A DNA stretch of 63,891 nt, counting the filler, from Vicugna vicugna (Eukaryota), in NCBI GenBank assembly GCA_013265495.1. It is 78 parts of 76 records of this genome, joined end to end, with 100 filler letters (N's around TTAATTAATTAA, not from the genome) between each part and the next. Parts side by side here need not be neighbours in the genome. Positions count along the whole stretch, not along the records: positions 24,887 to 25,282 come from PNXW01008545.1; positions 25,383 to 26,218 come from MU059288.1; positions 26,319 to 27,132 come from MU059290.1; positions 27,233 to 28,090 come from MU059291.1; positions 28,191 to 29,147 come from MU059293.1; positions 29,248 to 30,082 come from MU059294.1; positions 30,183 to 30,955 come from MU059294.1; positions 31,056 to 31,821 come from PNXW01008565.1; 70 more parts are not named here. One strand, given 5' to 3'. Within the stretch, counting starts at the first letter, position 1, and every line of letters starts with the position of its first letter. Shown here in pieces: positions 24,887-37,655 of the stretch. The position numbers and the translations under genes are program-made. The notes beneath the pieces were generated by a model that saw nothing but the letters and a program-made list of their open reading frames with translations, was not told the origin of the DNA and did not search any database.

Positions 24887-25282
24887 ATGCAAAGAAATGG
24901 AAAGAAATCTCAAGGTCACAGTTTTGAGGAACTAATATTGTTAAAATGTACATACTACAAAAGATGTCTACAGATATAAATTGATTCAGATCGAACTACA
25001 TGATATTTTCCACAGAACTAAAGACAGTCCTATGATTTGTATGGAACTGCAAAAGAACCAGAACTGCAAAAGAAACAATGAGTTAAAAGAACAAAGTTGG
25101 AGGCATAACCTATAACCATCCCAGATCTCAGACTATATTGCAACAATACCGTAATCAAAACACCACAATGCTGGAAAACAACCAAATATCTATATCACTG
25201 GAAAGTAACACAGAGACAGAAATAAAATATCACACCTATGGTCAACTAAATGATGACAAAGGAAACAAAAATATACAATGCC
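24887..25282 (+). mobile_element. Degenerate L1 ORF2 fragment
   Basis: AATATTGTTAAAATGTACATACTAC...AAAGAACAAAGTTGGAGGCATAAC...CACACCTATGGTCAACTAA. Confidence 0.8.
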
Positions 25283-25382
25283 NNNNNNNNNNNNNNNNNN
25301 NNNNNNNNNNNNNNNNNNNNNNNNNNTTAATTAATTAANNNNNNNNNNNNNNNNNNNNNNNNNNNNNNNNNNNNNNNNNNNN

Positions 25383-26218
25383 CCTCCCCATATATATGTA
25401 TGGAGTGAAGTTTGCAAATGAAAAGAATCTCTGTGTTCCATTCAAGGTAGGTGAAGGGCGGCTTTCACACACACTTATCTCTCAGAACTGAGCATGTGGA
25501 GAGACGTTCGTTCATCCAGCACAAAGGGAACGGGTTGCAGGAGAAACCCTTACTCTGGTTTCTCAGTCTGTTTCCTAGTGNNNNNNNNNNNNNNNNNNNN
25601 NNNNNNNNNNNNNNNNNNNNNNNNNNNNNNNNNNNNNNNNNNNNNNNNNNNNNNNNNNNNNNNNNNNNNNNNNNNNNNNNNNNNNNNNNNNNNNNNNNNN
25701 NNNNNNNNNNNNNNNNNNNNNNNNNNNNNNNNNNNNNNNNNNNNCCAGCACAAAGGGAACGGGTTACAGAAGAAACCCTTACTCTGGTTTCTCAGTCTGT
25801 TTCCTAGTGCCGGTTTGAAGTGCCTGCCGTTTTCACTGTAAAACCGAGTTGGAGCTTGTACTTCCCATGTATATGTATGGAGTGGAGTTGGCAATTGAAA
25901 AGAAACTCGGTGTTCCCTTTAAGATAGGTGAAGGACGGTTTTCACACACACTTATCTCTCAGAACTGAGCATGTGGAGAGACGTTCTTTCATCCAGCACA
26001 AAGGGAACGGGTTGCAGGAGAAGCCCTTACTCTGGTTTCTCAGTCTGTTTCCTAGTGCCGGTTTGAAGTGCCTGTCTTTTTCACTGTAAAACCGAGTTGG
26101 AGCTTGTACCTCCCCATATATATGTATGGAGTGGAGTTTGCAAATGAAAAGAATCTCTGTGTTCCATTCAAGGTGGGTGAAGGACGGCTTTCAAACACAC
26201 TTATCTCTCAGAACTGAG
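25383..26218 (+). repeat. SatD satellite, ~248-bp monomer
   Basis: CCAGCACAAAGGGAACGGGTT occurs at 25745 and 25993, giving a period of 248. Confidence 0.95.
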
Positions 26219-27232
26219 NNNNNNNNNNNNNNNNNNNNNNNNNNNNNNNNNNNNNNNNNNNNTTAATTAATTAANNNNNNNNNNNNNNNNNNNNNNNNNN
26301 NNNNNNNNNNNNNNNNNNAATGAACCAACCAACAGGCTGAGGAGATTCCCACCTGTGTTTATCATGCTTTCGTAGCCAAGGATGAGGAGAGAGTTGAATG
26401 GCTCACTATGAATATTTTAACAACTTGAGAGGGTTCCATGTCTCACTGCATTTACGTGTCACCTGGAGGAATTCAGGCAGTGTTTAGACCCAGGGGAGGC
26501 TAACGGCCTCTTGGTTCCTCATCAACCTGGTAAACCCACCAGCCCTCTATGGCCAGACGTTGGCAAGTGCCTTCCCTTGTTATAACAAAACCCTTCCCAC
26601 GCACGCCTCTGGTAAGCTTTTTTTTTTTNNNNNNNNNNNNNNNNNNNNNNNNNNNNNNNNNNNNNNNNNNNNNNNNNNNNNNNNNNNNNNNNNNNNNNNN
26701 NNNNNNNNNNNNNNNNNNNNNNNNNNNNNNNNNNNNNNNNNNNNNNNNNNNNNNNNNNNNNNNNNNNNNNNNNNNNNNNNNNNNNNNNNNNNNNNNNNNN
26801 NNNNNNNNNNNNNNNNNNNNNNNNNNNNTAGAAACACAGGACCCTGAATGCCCTGCCTCAGCAGCCCCTGACCAATTTGTAGTGCCTGCACCGGCTCTCC
26901 CCGGAGTTCAGATTCCCAGGACTCACAGAGAGGCCAAAGGGCAGCTGTTTGCATGGAGGGTCTGAGCAGAGCCCGGATGTGAAATCTGACTATCCCCCTG
27001 TGCACATCCAAGGCCCCTTGTGGCAAGGGATGGACCCAGCATTGGGATGAAAAGGGTCAGGCTAGTGATCAGAGACTGAGAATCAGTTCTCCCCGCATGC
27101 TCACTTTCTTTGCAGGACTCCCCTGAGTCTGGNNNNNNNNNNNNNNNNNNNNNNNNNNNNNNNNNNNNNNNNNNNNTTAATTAATTAANNNNNNNNNNNN
27201 NNNNNNNNNNNNNNNNNNNNNNNNNNNNNNNN

Positions 27233-28090
27233 GCATGACTGATGTTTCAACCACCAAACAAGTTTCCTATGCGCTTTAAAATATTTAATTTGACTTCGTA
27301 GTTTCTTCGTATCACCAGTTTCAAGAATCACACTTTGACCCCAGAAAAACCCTCTTGAGCGAATTCTACCCAAGAGATATGTAATTTGAATAGATTACAT
27401 CAACATGATATTCATTTTTCCGTACATGCTACAGGCATGATGGATTCGACAAACATGCATTCCTGAGTTGAGAACATGTGGATTACTGATCTTTCATTCT
27501 CTATAAATGGAATGATTTCATCTAGACACATGTACTCATTTTCACAAGCTNNNNNNNNNNNNNNNNNNNNNNNNNNNNNNNNNNNNNNNNNNNNNNNNNN
27601 NNNNNNNNNNNNNNNNNNNNNNNNNNNNNNNNNNNNNNNNNNNNNNNNNNNNNNNNNNNNNNNNNNNNNNNNNNNNNNNNNNNNNNNNNNNNNNNNNNNN
27701 NNNNNNNNNNNNNNNNNNNNNNNNNNNNNNNNNNNNNNNNNNNNNNNNNNNNNNNNNNNNNNNNNNNNNNNNNNNNNNNNNNNNNNNNNNNNNNNNNNNN
27801 NNNNNNNNNNNNNNNNNNNNNNNNNNNNNNNNNNNNNNNNNNNNNNNNNNNNNNNNNNNNNNNNNNNNNNNNNNNNNNNNNNNNNNNNNNNNNNNNNNNN
27901 NNNNNNNNTGTTTCATGCGGATTCTTCAAACATGCATTTCTGAGTGGTGAGTATGCGAATGACTCATATTTCAAACACCAAACAAGTTACCTATTCACTT
28001 TGAAATATTTACTTCGACTTCGTATCTTATTTCTATCACCAGAATAAGAATCAAACTTTAATCTCAGAAAAACACTCTTGGTACGAATTC
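27233..28090 (+). repeat. SatB satellite, gapped
   Basis: Shared SatB motifs. Confidence 0.9.
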
Positions 28091-28190
28091 NNNNNNNNNN
28101 NNNNNNNNNNNNNNNNNNNNNNNNNNNNNNNNNNTTAATTAATTAANNNNNNNNNNNNNNNNNNNNNNNNNNNNNNNNNNNNNNNNNNNN

Positions 28191-28735
28191 TGTTTAAGTC
28201 TTTAATCCATTTTGAGTTGATTTTTGTATATGGTGTAAGGGTGTGTTCTAGCTTCATTGTTTTACATGTTGCTGTCCAGTTTTCCCAACACCATTTGCTG
28301 AAGTGTCCTTTTTTTTTTTTTTTTGGAGATTCCACATGTAAGCAATATCGTATGGTACTTATCTTTCTCTCTCTGGCTTACTTCACTTAGAATGACAATC
28401 TCCAAGTCCATCCATGTTGCTGTAAATGGCATTATTTTATTCTTTTTTTTTACAGCTGAGTAGTATTCCATTGTATGTATGTATGCGTATGTGTGTATAT
28501 ACATGTGTATATATATATCACATCTTCTTTATCCAGTCATCTGTCAATAGACATTTGGATTATTGTTGATGGTATTATAAATGGAAGTGTTTACTTAATA
28601 CCCTTTTTAAACTGTTCACGTATAGAAATTCAACTGACTTTATGTGTATCTTGCAACTCTGCTAAGTTTGTTATTAGTTTTAAGTTTTTTTGTGTGGAAT
28701 CTTTAGAGTTTTTTACATACAAGGTCATATCATTT
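28191..28735 (-). mobile_element. Stack of antisense L1 fragments (ORF2 piece, ORF2 end/3' piece with poly-A, older L1 piece)
   Basis: Minus-strand translations [35 protein letters not shown] and [36 protein letters not shown]. Confidence 0.88.
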
Positions 28736-29147
28736 CGAAACCGACAAAGGCTTGATCTCCAGAATATATAAGCAGCTCATACGACTTAATAAGAAAAAAA
28801 CAAACAACTCAATCCAAAAAATGGGCAAAAGACCTAAACAAGCAATTCTCCAAGGAAGAAATACAAATGATCAATAGGCACATGATAAAATGTTCAATAT
28901 CACTAATTATTAGAGAAATGCAAATCAAAACTACAATGAGGTATCACCTCACACCAGTCAGAATGGCCGTCATTCAAAAATCCACAAACGACAAATGCTG
29001 GAGAGGCTGTGAAGAAAAGGGAACCCTCCTACACTGTTGGTGGGAATGCAGTTTAGCAGTTTGGTCACTGTGGAAAACAGTATGGCGATTCCTTAAAAGA
29101 CAAGGAATAGACTTATCGTATGACCCAGGAATCCTGCTCCTGGGCAT
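28736..29147 (+). mobile_element. L1 ORF2 C-terminal (Cys-rich) fragment
   Basis: [58 protein letters not shown]. Confidence 0.92.
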
Positions 29148-30182
29148 NNNNNNNNNNNNNNNNNNNNNNNNNNNNNNNNNNNNNNNNNNNNTTAATTAAT
29201 TAANNNNNNNNNNNNNNNNNNNNNNNNNNNNNNNNNNNNNNNNNNNNGTGAGATGACGTGTGCACAGTATGCAGCGTGGTCTCCAGCACAGAGTCAGTGC
29301 TGAGTTAGTGCCAGTGAGTATCAGGTAGGTCAGGTTAGGGTGGTGGGACTTGGTGACTGAGGATACCTGGGCCCTGAAGGAGGAGTCCATTCACATCTGT
29401 GAGTAATGGGACTAAGTTGGGAGAGGCAGGGAGATCTTACCCCCCGACCAGGTGCCTTGGGTGGGACGGCTATGGGAGGAGCACCATGAAGTCAGCTCTT
29501 TGCAGGTGGAGTTGGAGGTGACCTTGAGACATCTAAGTGCATTGTCACGAGCTGAAAGAGGAAGTCTGGGCCCAGGCTGTGCATTTTCCTATAATCTCAA
29601 CACGTGAGGACGCCGAAGTATTGATCACTGAACTTGAAATCATACTTTACAGGAGAAATGAATATTAGTATCACCTCTGTCATCAAAGCTCACGTCTATT
29701 TATTCATCAATCACGTTGCTAACTGGGTACTTACAGAGCTCACTTCACCGTCCTCCCCGTGGGCTCAGGCTCCACAGAAAATAGCTGATGAGTCTCCCTC
29801 TTTTCCAGAAGAAGACACATTTAGCTTGTAGGCTTCTGTACCTCACCAGACTTAAGATATTAGTTTGTTGGTTTAATTGTATTTTCTGTTGGCCATGTCC
29901 TGACAGGAGAGAAATTTTACCTCATCGTCATGTTTCAATTAGCTGTTACTGAGAATTGCTGTTCTGATACATAGTGTATGTATTTTATTAACTTTGTAGA
30001 GTAGTTATCATTTTTCTGTCTTTGCCCTTTAATTTTGTTTGCCCCTTCAATGTTCTATCCTATTTGGGGCCTTATTTTTTTTNNNNNNNNNNNNNNNNNN
30101 NNNNNNNNNNNNNNNNNNNNNNNNNNTTAATTAATTAANNNNNNNNNNNNNNNNNNNNNNNNNNNNNNNNNNNNNNNNNNNN

Positions 30183-30700
30183 TGCAAGTTGGGGGGCCCC
30201 CGGGAAAGGGGTCAGGAGGCTGCGGGAGGGCGGTCCGCCTGTCACAGCCCCCCAGGGCGCCAGTCAGCCTGTGTTCAGCTGAATTGCTCAGGCCAGACCA
30301 CTTTGCCCGCGCCACCTGCCCCGGCGCCTCGGTCACACCTGTCCAGGGCCAGGTGTGCCCCTGCCGCCTCTCACCCAGCCGGGCTCCCCTCAGTCCGCGG
30401 CTGGCGTCCCCTTCCCCTCTCCCACCCGTGAGTCCTCTCCTCCCGGGCTGCCTCTCCTCAGCCGCCGGCCCGTCCCCGCCCCTGGGCCGGCTGTGTCCCG
30501 GGCGGGCAGGGTCTGCGTACCCGGACCGGGGCGGGCGGCTGGGGCTGGGGCTTGGGCTGGCCTCCGAGCGGGGCTGCAGACAGCGTTTCCACCGCCTCTG
30601 CTTTCCCTGCCCCGCGACCCCGGGGCTGCCCTCCTCTCCCTTTCCCGCTCCCCGAGGACCAGATCAGCGGCGTGGGCGCTGCTCCCTGGGCTGAGAGCCT
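30183..30700. promoter_or_regulatory. CpG island / GC-rich promoter-like region upstream of a splice donor
   Basis: Very GC-rich with many CpGs and GGGCGG boxes. A CAG|GTAAGT donor lies at 30797. Confidence 0.6.
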
Positions 30701-31055
30701 CAGGCTGTAACGCCCAGCTTCTCCAGTTGGAGTCCGGAAAAGGGAGTGTCAGTGCTGAGCGAGCTTCGGTCTCTTCCCTTAGTGTTTCTGCCCCAGGTAA
30801 GTACCTTGAACACTTTCAGGTCTTATGATGGCGGTGCTTGTTGATGTCACGTGTTTTTATATTGCGAGGGTTTACAGTGTTGAAAGCAAAGCTTGGTTCA
30901 TTTAAAAATTAACTGAAGGCATGAGGCTGTGACATCCTCCTTCCTTCCCTCTCCCNNNNNNNNNNNNNNNNNNNNNNNNNNNNNNNNNNNNNNNNNNNNT
31001 TAATTAATTAANNNNNNNNNNNNNNNNNNNNNNNNNNNNNNNNNNNNNNNNNNNN

Positions 31056-31821
31056 GTTCCACATTAGCGTGAAATCCTCTAAGAACTTCCTCAGTAAATC
31101 ATGGGTCACTCGTTGCTACTTGGACTTCAAACCCAACCCCCACTTTCACCCACTCTCCAGCCTAGGCATGCCATCAGCTAAGACAAGCTAAGGGATTCTA
31201 TTAGAACCCAGGCGCTGCTGTCAGTTGGAGGAGACTCCTCACACTCAGGATACCTGAACAAGTCTTTGTGTGTGTGCTGTTGTTGGAGATACAGAGTCCA
31301 CGCAACTTTATGGGGGCACAGGTGTTCCCAGGGAGGGAATGTAATTTAAAAACCTTCACTGCCCATAGAGAGGCACTCGCTATTACTAGTCTTTAGAGCC
31401 CAACCCCCACCTTCGCTCCCATCCCGTCCTTGGAAAACAAGGGAAGGTATCCTAAGGGATCCTATTTGAACCCAGATGCTGCTGTCAGTGGGAGGTGCCT
31501 CCCAACACTCAGGATACCAGAAAAACTCTTCATGTGTGTGCCTGAGGTGGGGAAACAGAGTCCACGCATTTTCAAGGAGCACAGGTATTCCCAGGTTGTG
31601 GGATTCTGGTGAATAATTTCCTCTCCCCATGGAGAAGCACTCGCTAATACTTGGATTTACAGCCCAACCCCCAATTTCCCCCGCACACCGCCCTTGGCAA
31701 GCCATCATTGAAGACAAGTAAATGTATTGTATTAGAACCCAGGCGCTGCTGTTATTTGGAGGAATCTCCCCACAATCAAAACATCTGAGCCTGATAGCGT
31801 GTGTGTGGTGGAGGAGGGAAA
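31056..31821 (-). repeat. SatA' diverged satellite
   Basis: TTAGAACCCAGGCGCTGCTG variants occur at ~31201, ~31465 and ~31732. Confidence 0.85.
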
Positions 31822-33564
31822 NNNNNNNNNNNNNNNNNNNNNNNNNNNNNNNNNNNNNNNNNNNNTTAATTAATTAANNNNNNNNNNNNNNNNNNNNNNN
31901 NNNNNNNNNNNNNNNNNNNNNGTATAAGAAAAGAGGCATTGATTTGTATCCTTTCATAACATCAATGAAAAAATCCAAAAAAACTTGGCCGCTATGACAT
32001 GGATGTACAAGGAAAGACACATTGGTTTTTATAGTTGACTCCCATTTTTTCACATGTGCCTTCATTATTGCGGCCTCCTTTTCATCGTAGACTAGGTGCC
32101 CCTTTGTCTTGAACTAAGCCCCACTCACTGCTTCCCTTTCCGGTTGGGATGTGCACAAAGCAGCATGGCTCTCATCCTAAAGTCAGAGAAAGGGTAGAAG
32201 AAGCAGGGAAACCTTTGTTGAGGGGCCATCAGTGTTTGACAGTATTTGAGGAGTGTTTGAGCTAGGCAATTTACATAATTGGAAATGTAAATTTATTGCT
32301 GTCACTCCTGCAGCAAAAGTAAAAAAGTAAAACTATATATCTTTGTATCAAGATTTCAGAGCTATGAAAAGATAATTTTTGAGTCATCTGTATTATTGCT
32401 TCTTTCCATCAGCTGAGATAATTTAGAGCTGATGGTGCTTGCAGTCAGCAGCAGCAGGAAAGTAGGTTCTGAGCATGAATAACTCTTGGAAAGAAAATGC
32501 TTTTACTAGCAGCATCTGAAAATATCTCCAACTATAGATTTTATAAATTGAATCTNNNNNNNNNNNNNNNNNNNNNNNNNNNNNNNNNNNNNNNNNNNNT
32601 TAATTAATTAANNNNNNNNNNNNNNNNNNNNNNNNNNNNNNNNNNNNNNNNNNNNTACTTTTTAGTATTTTTATATACATATACATATATATAATATTAT
32701 TATATATAGATATATATAATATATCTCCTTATTTAGTTTAATTCAATTAAACTTTTGGATAAATTATGCAGTCTTATAGTCTGTCAGACAACCTGATGTT
32801 ACAGGTAAATAGAATATAAATTTAACACACTTTAATTCACTGTATAGAAAAAAGCACTTTAAGATGAGAAAAGTCACAATTTCAAAATTTTCATATCAAT
32901 CTTTAAAGGGCACTATCTGCTTTATTTTGGGGAAGCAAACACCGAGGGCTTTTGTGATTGAAACAACATTGTGGTTTACCATTTTCTCAATGGCATCATA
33001 GTCATTACTCACATCTAATTTAATCAATCCATCTTATTAGTGTTTTCTGATTTTAAAAAAGATATAAAATTACATTTTATTGAATTATAAATGTGAGTAT
33101 AATAGCTATTAATATTTCCTGTGGGTTGATGTCCATGCACCAGAATGCAATTGTACTATTTTATTAAATTCAAAAATATTTCTGTTTATTGCTGCCCATT
33201 TGGTTTGCACATTCTGTGTCTTGAGTGATGTTCACAAAGTTTTCTTAAGATTTGTTTCTGCCATTGCCACAATACAACACATTTTTATAGTAATACATTC
33301 CTTTAGTATTTTAAGACAAAAAGTTGTACTATTTTGGACAGATGGTTATGTTTCTAACAATCCTTCTTATGCTCTGGCAATCAGAGGAAGTCAAATTCTC
33401 CATTTTCTAAATGTTTATTAAAGCTTTATAGCTAGACAGAATAAAATGATGCTGACAATATAAANNNNNNNNNNNNNNNNNNNNNNNNNNNNNNNNNNNN
33501 NNNNNNNNTTAATTAATTAANNNNNNNNNNNNNNNNNNNNNNNNNNNNNNNNNNNNNNNNNNNN

Positions 33565-35074
33565 AAATAGTTATGATAATCTACAAAGGAACCTCATTAG
33601 GCTATCAGCAGATTTCTGAGAAGGAAGCATTGGCAAATGTTAAATAAAATTACATTTCATATTACTGAAATTAGAAATAACTAACCCAATAATACTTACA
33701 CCATTATCACTTAGATATAAAGTGAAAATAAAGACTTTATCAGACAAACAAAACCTGAATGTGATGAAAAAAAACAAAACCGAGACACCAAATAAGAGGT
33801 GTAGAAAAGAAATCTTCTAAGAAATATAAAATGGCAAATATATGCAAAACATTCAACAAAATGCTAAGGAGATACCACGAGACATTTGCAACTGTTACTT
33901 TGGGTATGTTTTTAAATACTAATATAATATAAGAATAAAAAGAGAGAAAAATAGGAAAACACGGGCAATAAATATAGATACTTCAAACTGGTAACTTGTT
34001 TACAACAGTAAAAGAAATAATTTGAGTCTGTAATCATAAAAAATAAGAGTAAAAATAAAACAATATTAAAGGAAGCTTTATCCACGGAAAGATGACTTAA
34101 TTATGCATGATATGTTTTATTTTAATTGAAGTACAGAAGATGTACTATATTGTGTTGTTTCAGATGTGCAGCATAGATATTCTAACAACTTTCTAGATTA
34201 TATTGCATTATGTATTATTACAATGATTGTAACTAACAAGTATTTTAAACTATTGTGTATAATTCCATGATCTATACAGATTATCAATGTTTCTTCTCTC
34301 TTTATTTATACTACTTTGTATCTGTCAATGTTCTACCATTAAATTCTCTTTCCCTTCACTTTGTTAAACATTAATTTTTNNNNNNNNNNNNNNNNNNNNN
34401 NNNNNNNNNNNNNNNNNNNNNNNNNNNNNNNNNNNNNNNNNNNNNNNNNNNNNNNNNNNNNNNNNNNNNNNNNNNNNNNNNNNNNNNNNNNNNNNNNNNN
34501 NNNNNNNNNNNNNNNNNNNNNNNNNNNNNNNNNNNNNNNNNNNNNNNNNNNNNNNNNNNNNNNNNNNNNNNNNNNNNNNNNNNNNNNNNNNNNNNNNNNN
34601 NNNNNNNNNNNNNNNNNNNNNNNNNNNNNNNNNNNNNNNNNNNNNNNNNNNNNNNNNNNNNNNNNNNNNNNNNNNNNNNNNNNNNNNNNNNNNNNNNNNN
34701 NNNNNNNNNNNNNNNNNNNNNNNNNNNNNNNNNNNNNNNNNNNNNNNNNNNNNNNNNNNNNNNNNNNNNNNNNNNNNNNNNNNNNNNNNNNNNNNNNNNN
34801 NNNNNNNNNNNNNNNNNNNNNNNNNNNNNNNNNNNNNNNNNNNNNNNNNNNNNNNNNNNNNNNNNNNNNNNNNNNNNNNNNNNNNNNNNNNNNNNNNNNN
34901 NNNNNNNNNNNNNNNNNNNNNNNNNNNNNNNNNNNNNNNNNNNNNNNNNNNNNNNNNNNNNNNNNNNTTTAGTTTTTAATCTAAATACAGTTTTCCATAT
35001 AAGTTCCAACAATTTACATTCCTACCAAAAGAAAACAAAATATTTGTTACCTCCAATTGTCTCCAACACTTTCT
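33565..35074. mobile_element. Old, AT-rich L1 remnants (ORF1 end on +, 3' end on -)
   Basis: CTACAAAGGAACCTCATTAGGCTATCAGCAGATTTCT (YKG..IRLSADF-like) and TTTAATTGAAGTACAG...GATGTGCAGCATAG. Confidence 0.6.
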
Positions 35075-35174
35075 NNNNNNNNNNNNNNNNNNNNNNNNNN
35101 NNNNNNNNNNNNNNNNNNTTAATTAATTAANNNNNNNNNNNNNNNNNNNNNNNNNNNNNNNNNNNNNNNNNNNN

Positions 35175-35692
35175 CCATATATATGTATGGTGTGGAGTTG
35201 TCAACTGAAAAGAAACTTTTTGTTCCCTTCAAGTTACGTGAAAGTCGGCTTTCACACACAATTATCTCTCAGAACTGAGCATGTGGAGAGACGTTCGTTC
35301 ATCCAGCACAAAGGGAACGGGNNNNNNNNNNNNNNNNNNNNNNNNNNNNNNNNNNNNNNNNNNNNNNNNNNNNNNNNNNNNNNNNNNNNNNNNNNNNNNN
35401 NNNNNNNNNNNNNNNNNNNNNNNNNNNNNNNNNNNNNNNNNNNNGGAAACTGAAAAGAAACTTTGTGTTCCCTTCAAGCTAGGTGAAGGACGGCTTTCAC
35501 ACACACTTATCTCTCAGAACTGAGCATGTGGAGAGACGTTCGTTCATCCAGCACAAAGGAAACAGGTTACAGGGGAAACAATTACACTGTGTTCTCAGTC
35601 TGTTTCCTTGTGCCTGTTTGAAGTGCCTGCCGTTTTCAGTTTAAAAACGGGTTGGGGCTTGTTCCTCCCCATATATATGTATGGAGTGGAGT
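35175..35692 (+). repeat. SatD satellite
   Basis: TCTCAGAACTGAGCATGTGGAGAGACGTTCGTTCATCCAGCAC occurs twice. Confidence 0.95.
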
Positions 35693-36500
35693 NNNNNNNN
35701 NNNNNNNNNNNNNNNNNNNNNNNNNNNNNNNNNNNNTTAATTAATTAANNNNNNNNNNNNNNNNNNNNNNNNNNNNNNNNNNNNNNNNNNNNAATGCTAT
35801 ATTAATAATTATGGCTTATTATAAAGATTAAAAAAGAGCAGCCTATAATATTTTTGTTTTTGTTTGTTGTGTTTTTTTTTCCCCAATTCCCCCAAAACTT
35901 CTGGACTCAGTGTTTATGGTAGAAAACTCTTTAACAAACTGTTTAACAAACAGCAATATGGGTTAAGACAAAAATGCAAACAAAATAAGGTACAAAATTT
36001 CACTGCATAGAAACACTGGAAACATGGTTGTGTCCTTCTCCAGCTCAACAAGACGTACGAAGTGTCAGTGACACCCGCTTGGTTCAACTTTCAGATTTTG
36101 GTCACCTGAGAAATATTGTCTGTGTTTCTACATGCAAGACACTGCACTGTGGTAGGTGCCGGATTACAGAGATCAATAAAAGGAAATCCCTGCTCTCACA
36201 GGGCTTCCAGTCTCCTGGGGGTGAGGGCAGACAGACACCAGGTGAAACAGATATAAACATGTCAGGTAGTCAAAGTGTTACAAGAGTAGATGGAGAGGAA
36301 GGAAAAGTTTCTGTATGTTCTGCAAATTGTTAAGAGCAATCTGAGGCTGCTTTGAAGGTCACAATTTGGGGAAAAGATACAAACTTGAAATCTTTTTTTT
36401 NNNNNNNNNNNNNNNNNNNNNNNNNNNNNNNNNNNNNNNNNNNNTTAATTAATTAANNNNNNNNNNNNNNNNNNNNNNNNNNNNNNNNNNNNNNNNNNNN

Positions 36501-36956
36501 GAAGTCCGTGAAATAACTTCCCTGACCTTGGGGAGACAGCCACTGCCACAAGGATAACCTGTAAACCCCCCTAGCATTCCCTTGCCCAGAGAAATTAGGT
36601 AAAAACTCAGGGGAGACGAGCTTAGGCTTTCCACTAGAACCCACGCGCTGCCGACCGTTGGTGGATCCTCCCCACGCTCAGGATTCCGAAAACATTGTCA
36701 GTGCGTGGGGGAGCTCGAGAGACAACTCCACGCAACTCTCTTCAGTCACAGGGGTTCCCTGTTCGGGGAAGTACGAGAAATACCTTCCCTGAACTTGGGG
36801 AGGCAGCCTCTGACACTGGGATATCCTGCAATCCCCCCTAGCCTTCCCTGGCACAGAGACATTGGGAAAAAACTCACGGGAGACGAGCATAGGCTTTCCG
36901 TTAGAACCAAAGCGATGCCGACCGTTGGTGGAACCTCACCACGCTCAGGATTCCGG
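36501..36956 (+). repeat. SatA satellite
   Basis: Matches the 267-bp monomer. Confidence 0.95.
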
Positions 36957-37655
36957 NNNNNNNNNNNNNNNNNNNNNNNNNNNNNNNNNNNNNNNNNNNN
37001 TTAATTAATTAANNNNNNNNNNNNNNNNNNNNNNNNNNNNNNNNNNNNNNNNNNNNATAGTGTTAAAAATAAAAGGTTTTGGCCTGAATGAAAGTCAATA
37101 TGTTATGCAAGAAAATAATTTTACTTATATGGCTATTCTTCATATCTAAAAAGTTTTTAGTTTCTCACTAGCACATAGGATTTATTTCCACATAAACACT
37201 ACAGCAAACATCTACTAGCATGTGTAGCTATTTCATATTCTTTTATTTTGGGGGTAAAAGAAAATATAAGATGAGCTTTTTTTCTTTAATGTATTTTGTT
37301 TTTAACTTACTAATTAATAGTGGGTAGAATTTGGGAATTCTGATTTCCTGAGTCCTCTGACTATAGACTNNNNNNNNNNNNNNNNNNNNNNNNNNNNNNN
37401 NNNNNNTTTTGGAGAAAAAAAAAAAAGCCCAGAATAAGAATTTGCAGTCTTGCACTCTATTACTGCTTATGCTAATTCAGAAAATCTGGGAAATGTCCCA
37501 ACATCTTTATTTAAGAACTCATATGATGTTTTTGCCTTAACTTCTTTAACATGATNNNNNNNNNNNNNNNNNNNNNNNNNNNNNNNNNNNNNNNNNNNNT
37601 TAATTAATTAANNNNNNNNNNNNNNNNNNNNNNNNNNNNNNNNNNNNNNNNNNNN

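Noticed and set aside
25383..25580. Homology between SatD and SatA (CTGAGCATGTGG / GGTTGCAGGA motifs)
   Set aside because: The shared short motifs are not colinear in spacing, unlike the SatB-SatD match.
30189..30828. Overlapping Pro/Ala/Arg-rich ORFs
   Set aside because: These are expected in a GC-rich island with few stop codons. They have non-ATG starts and no recognisable domain.
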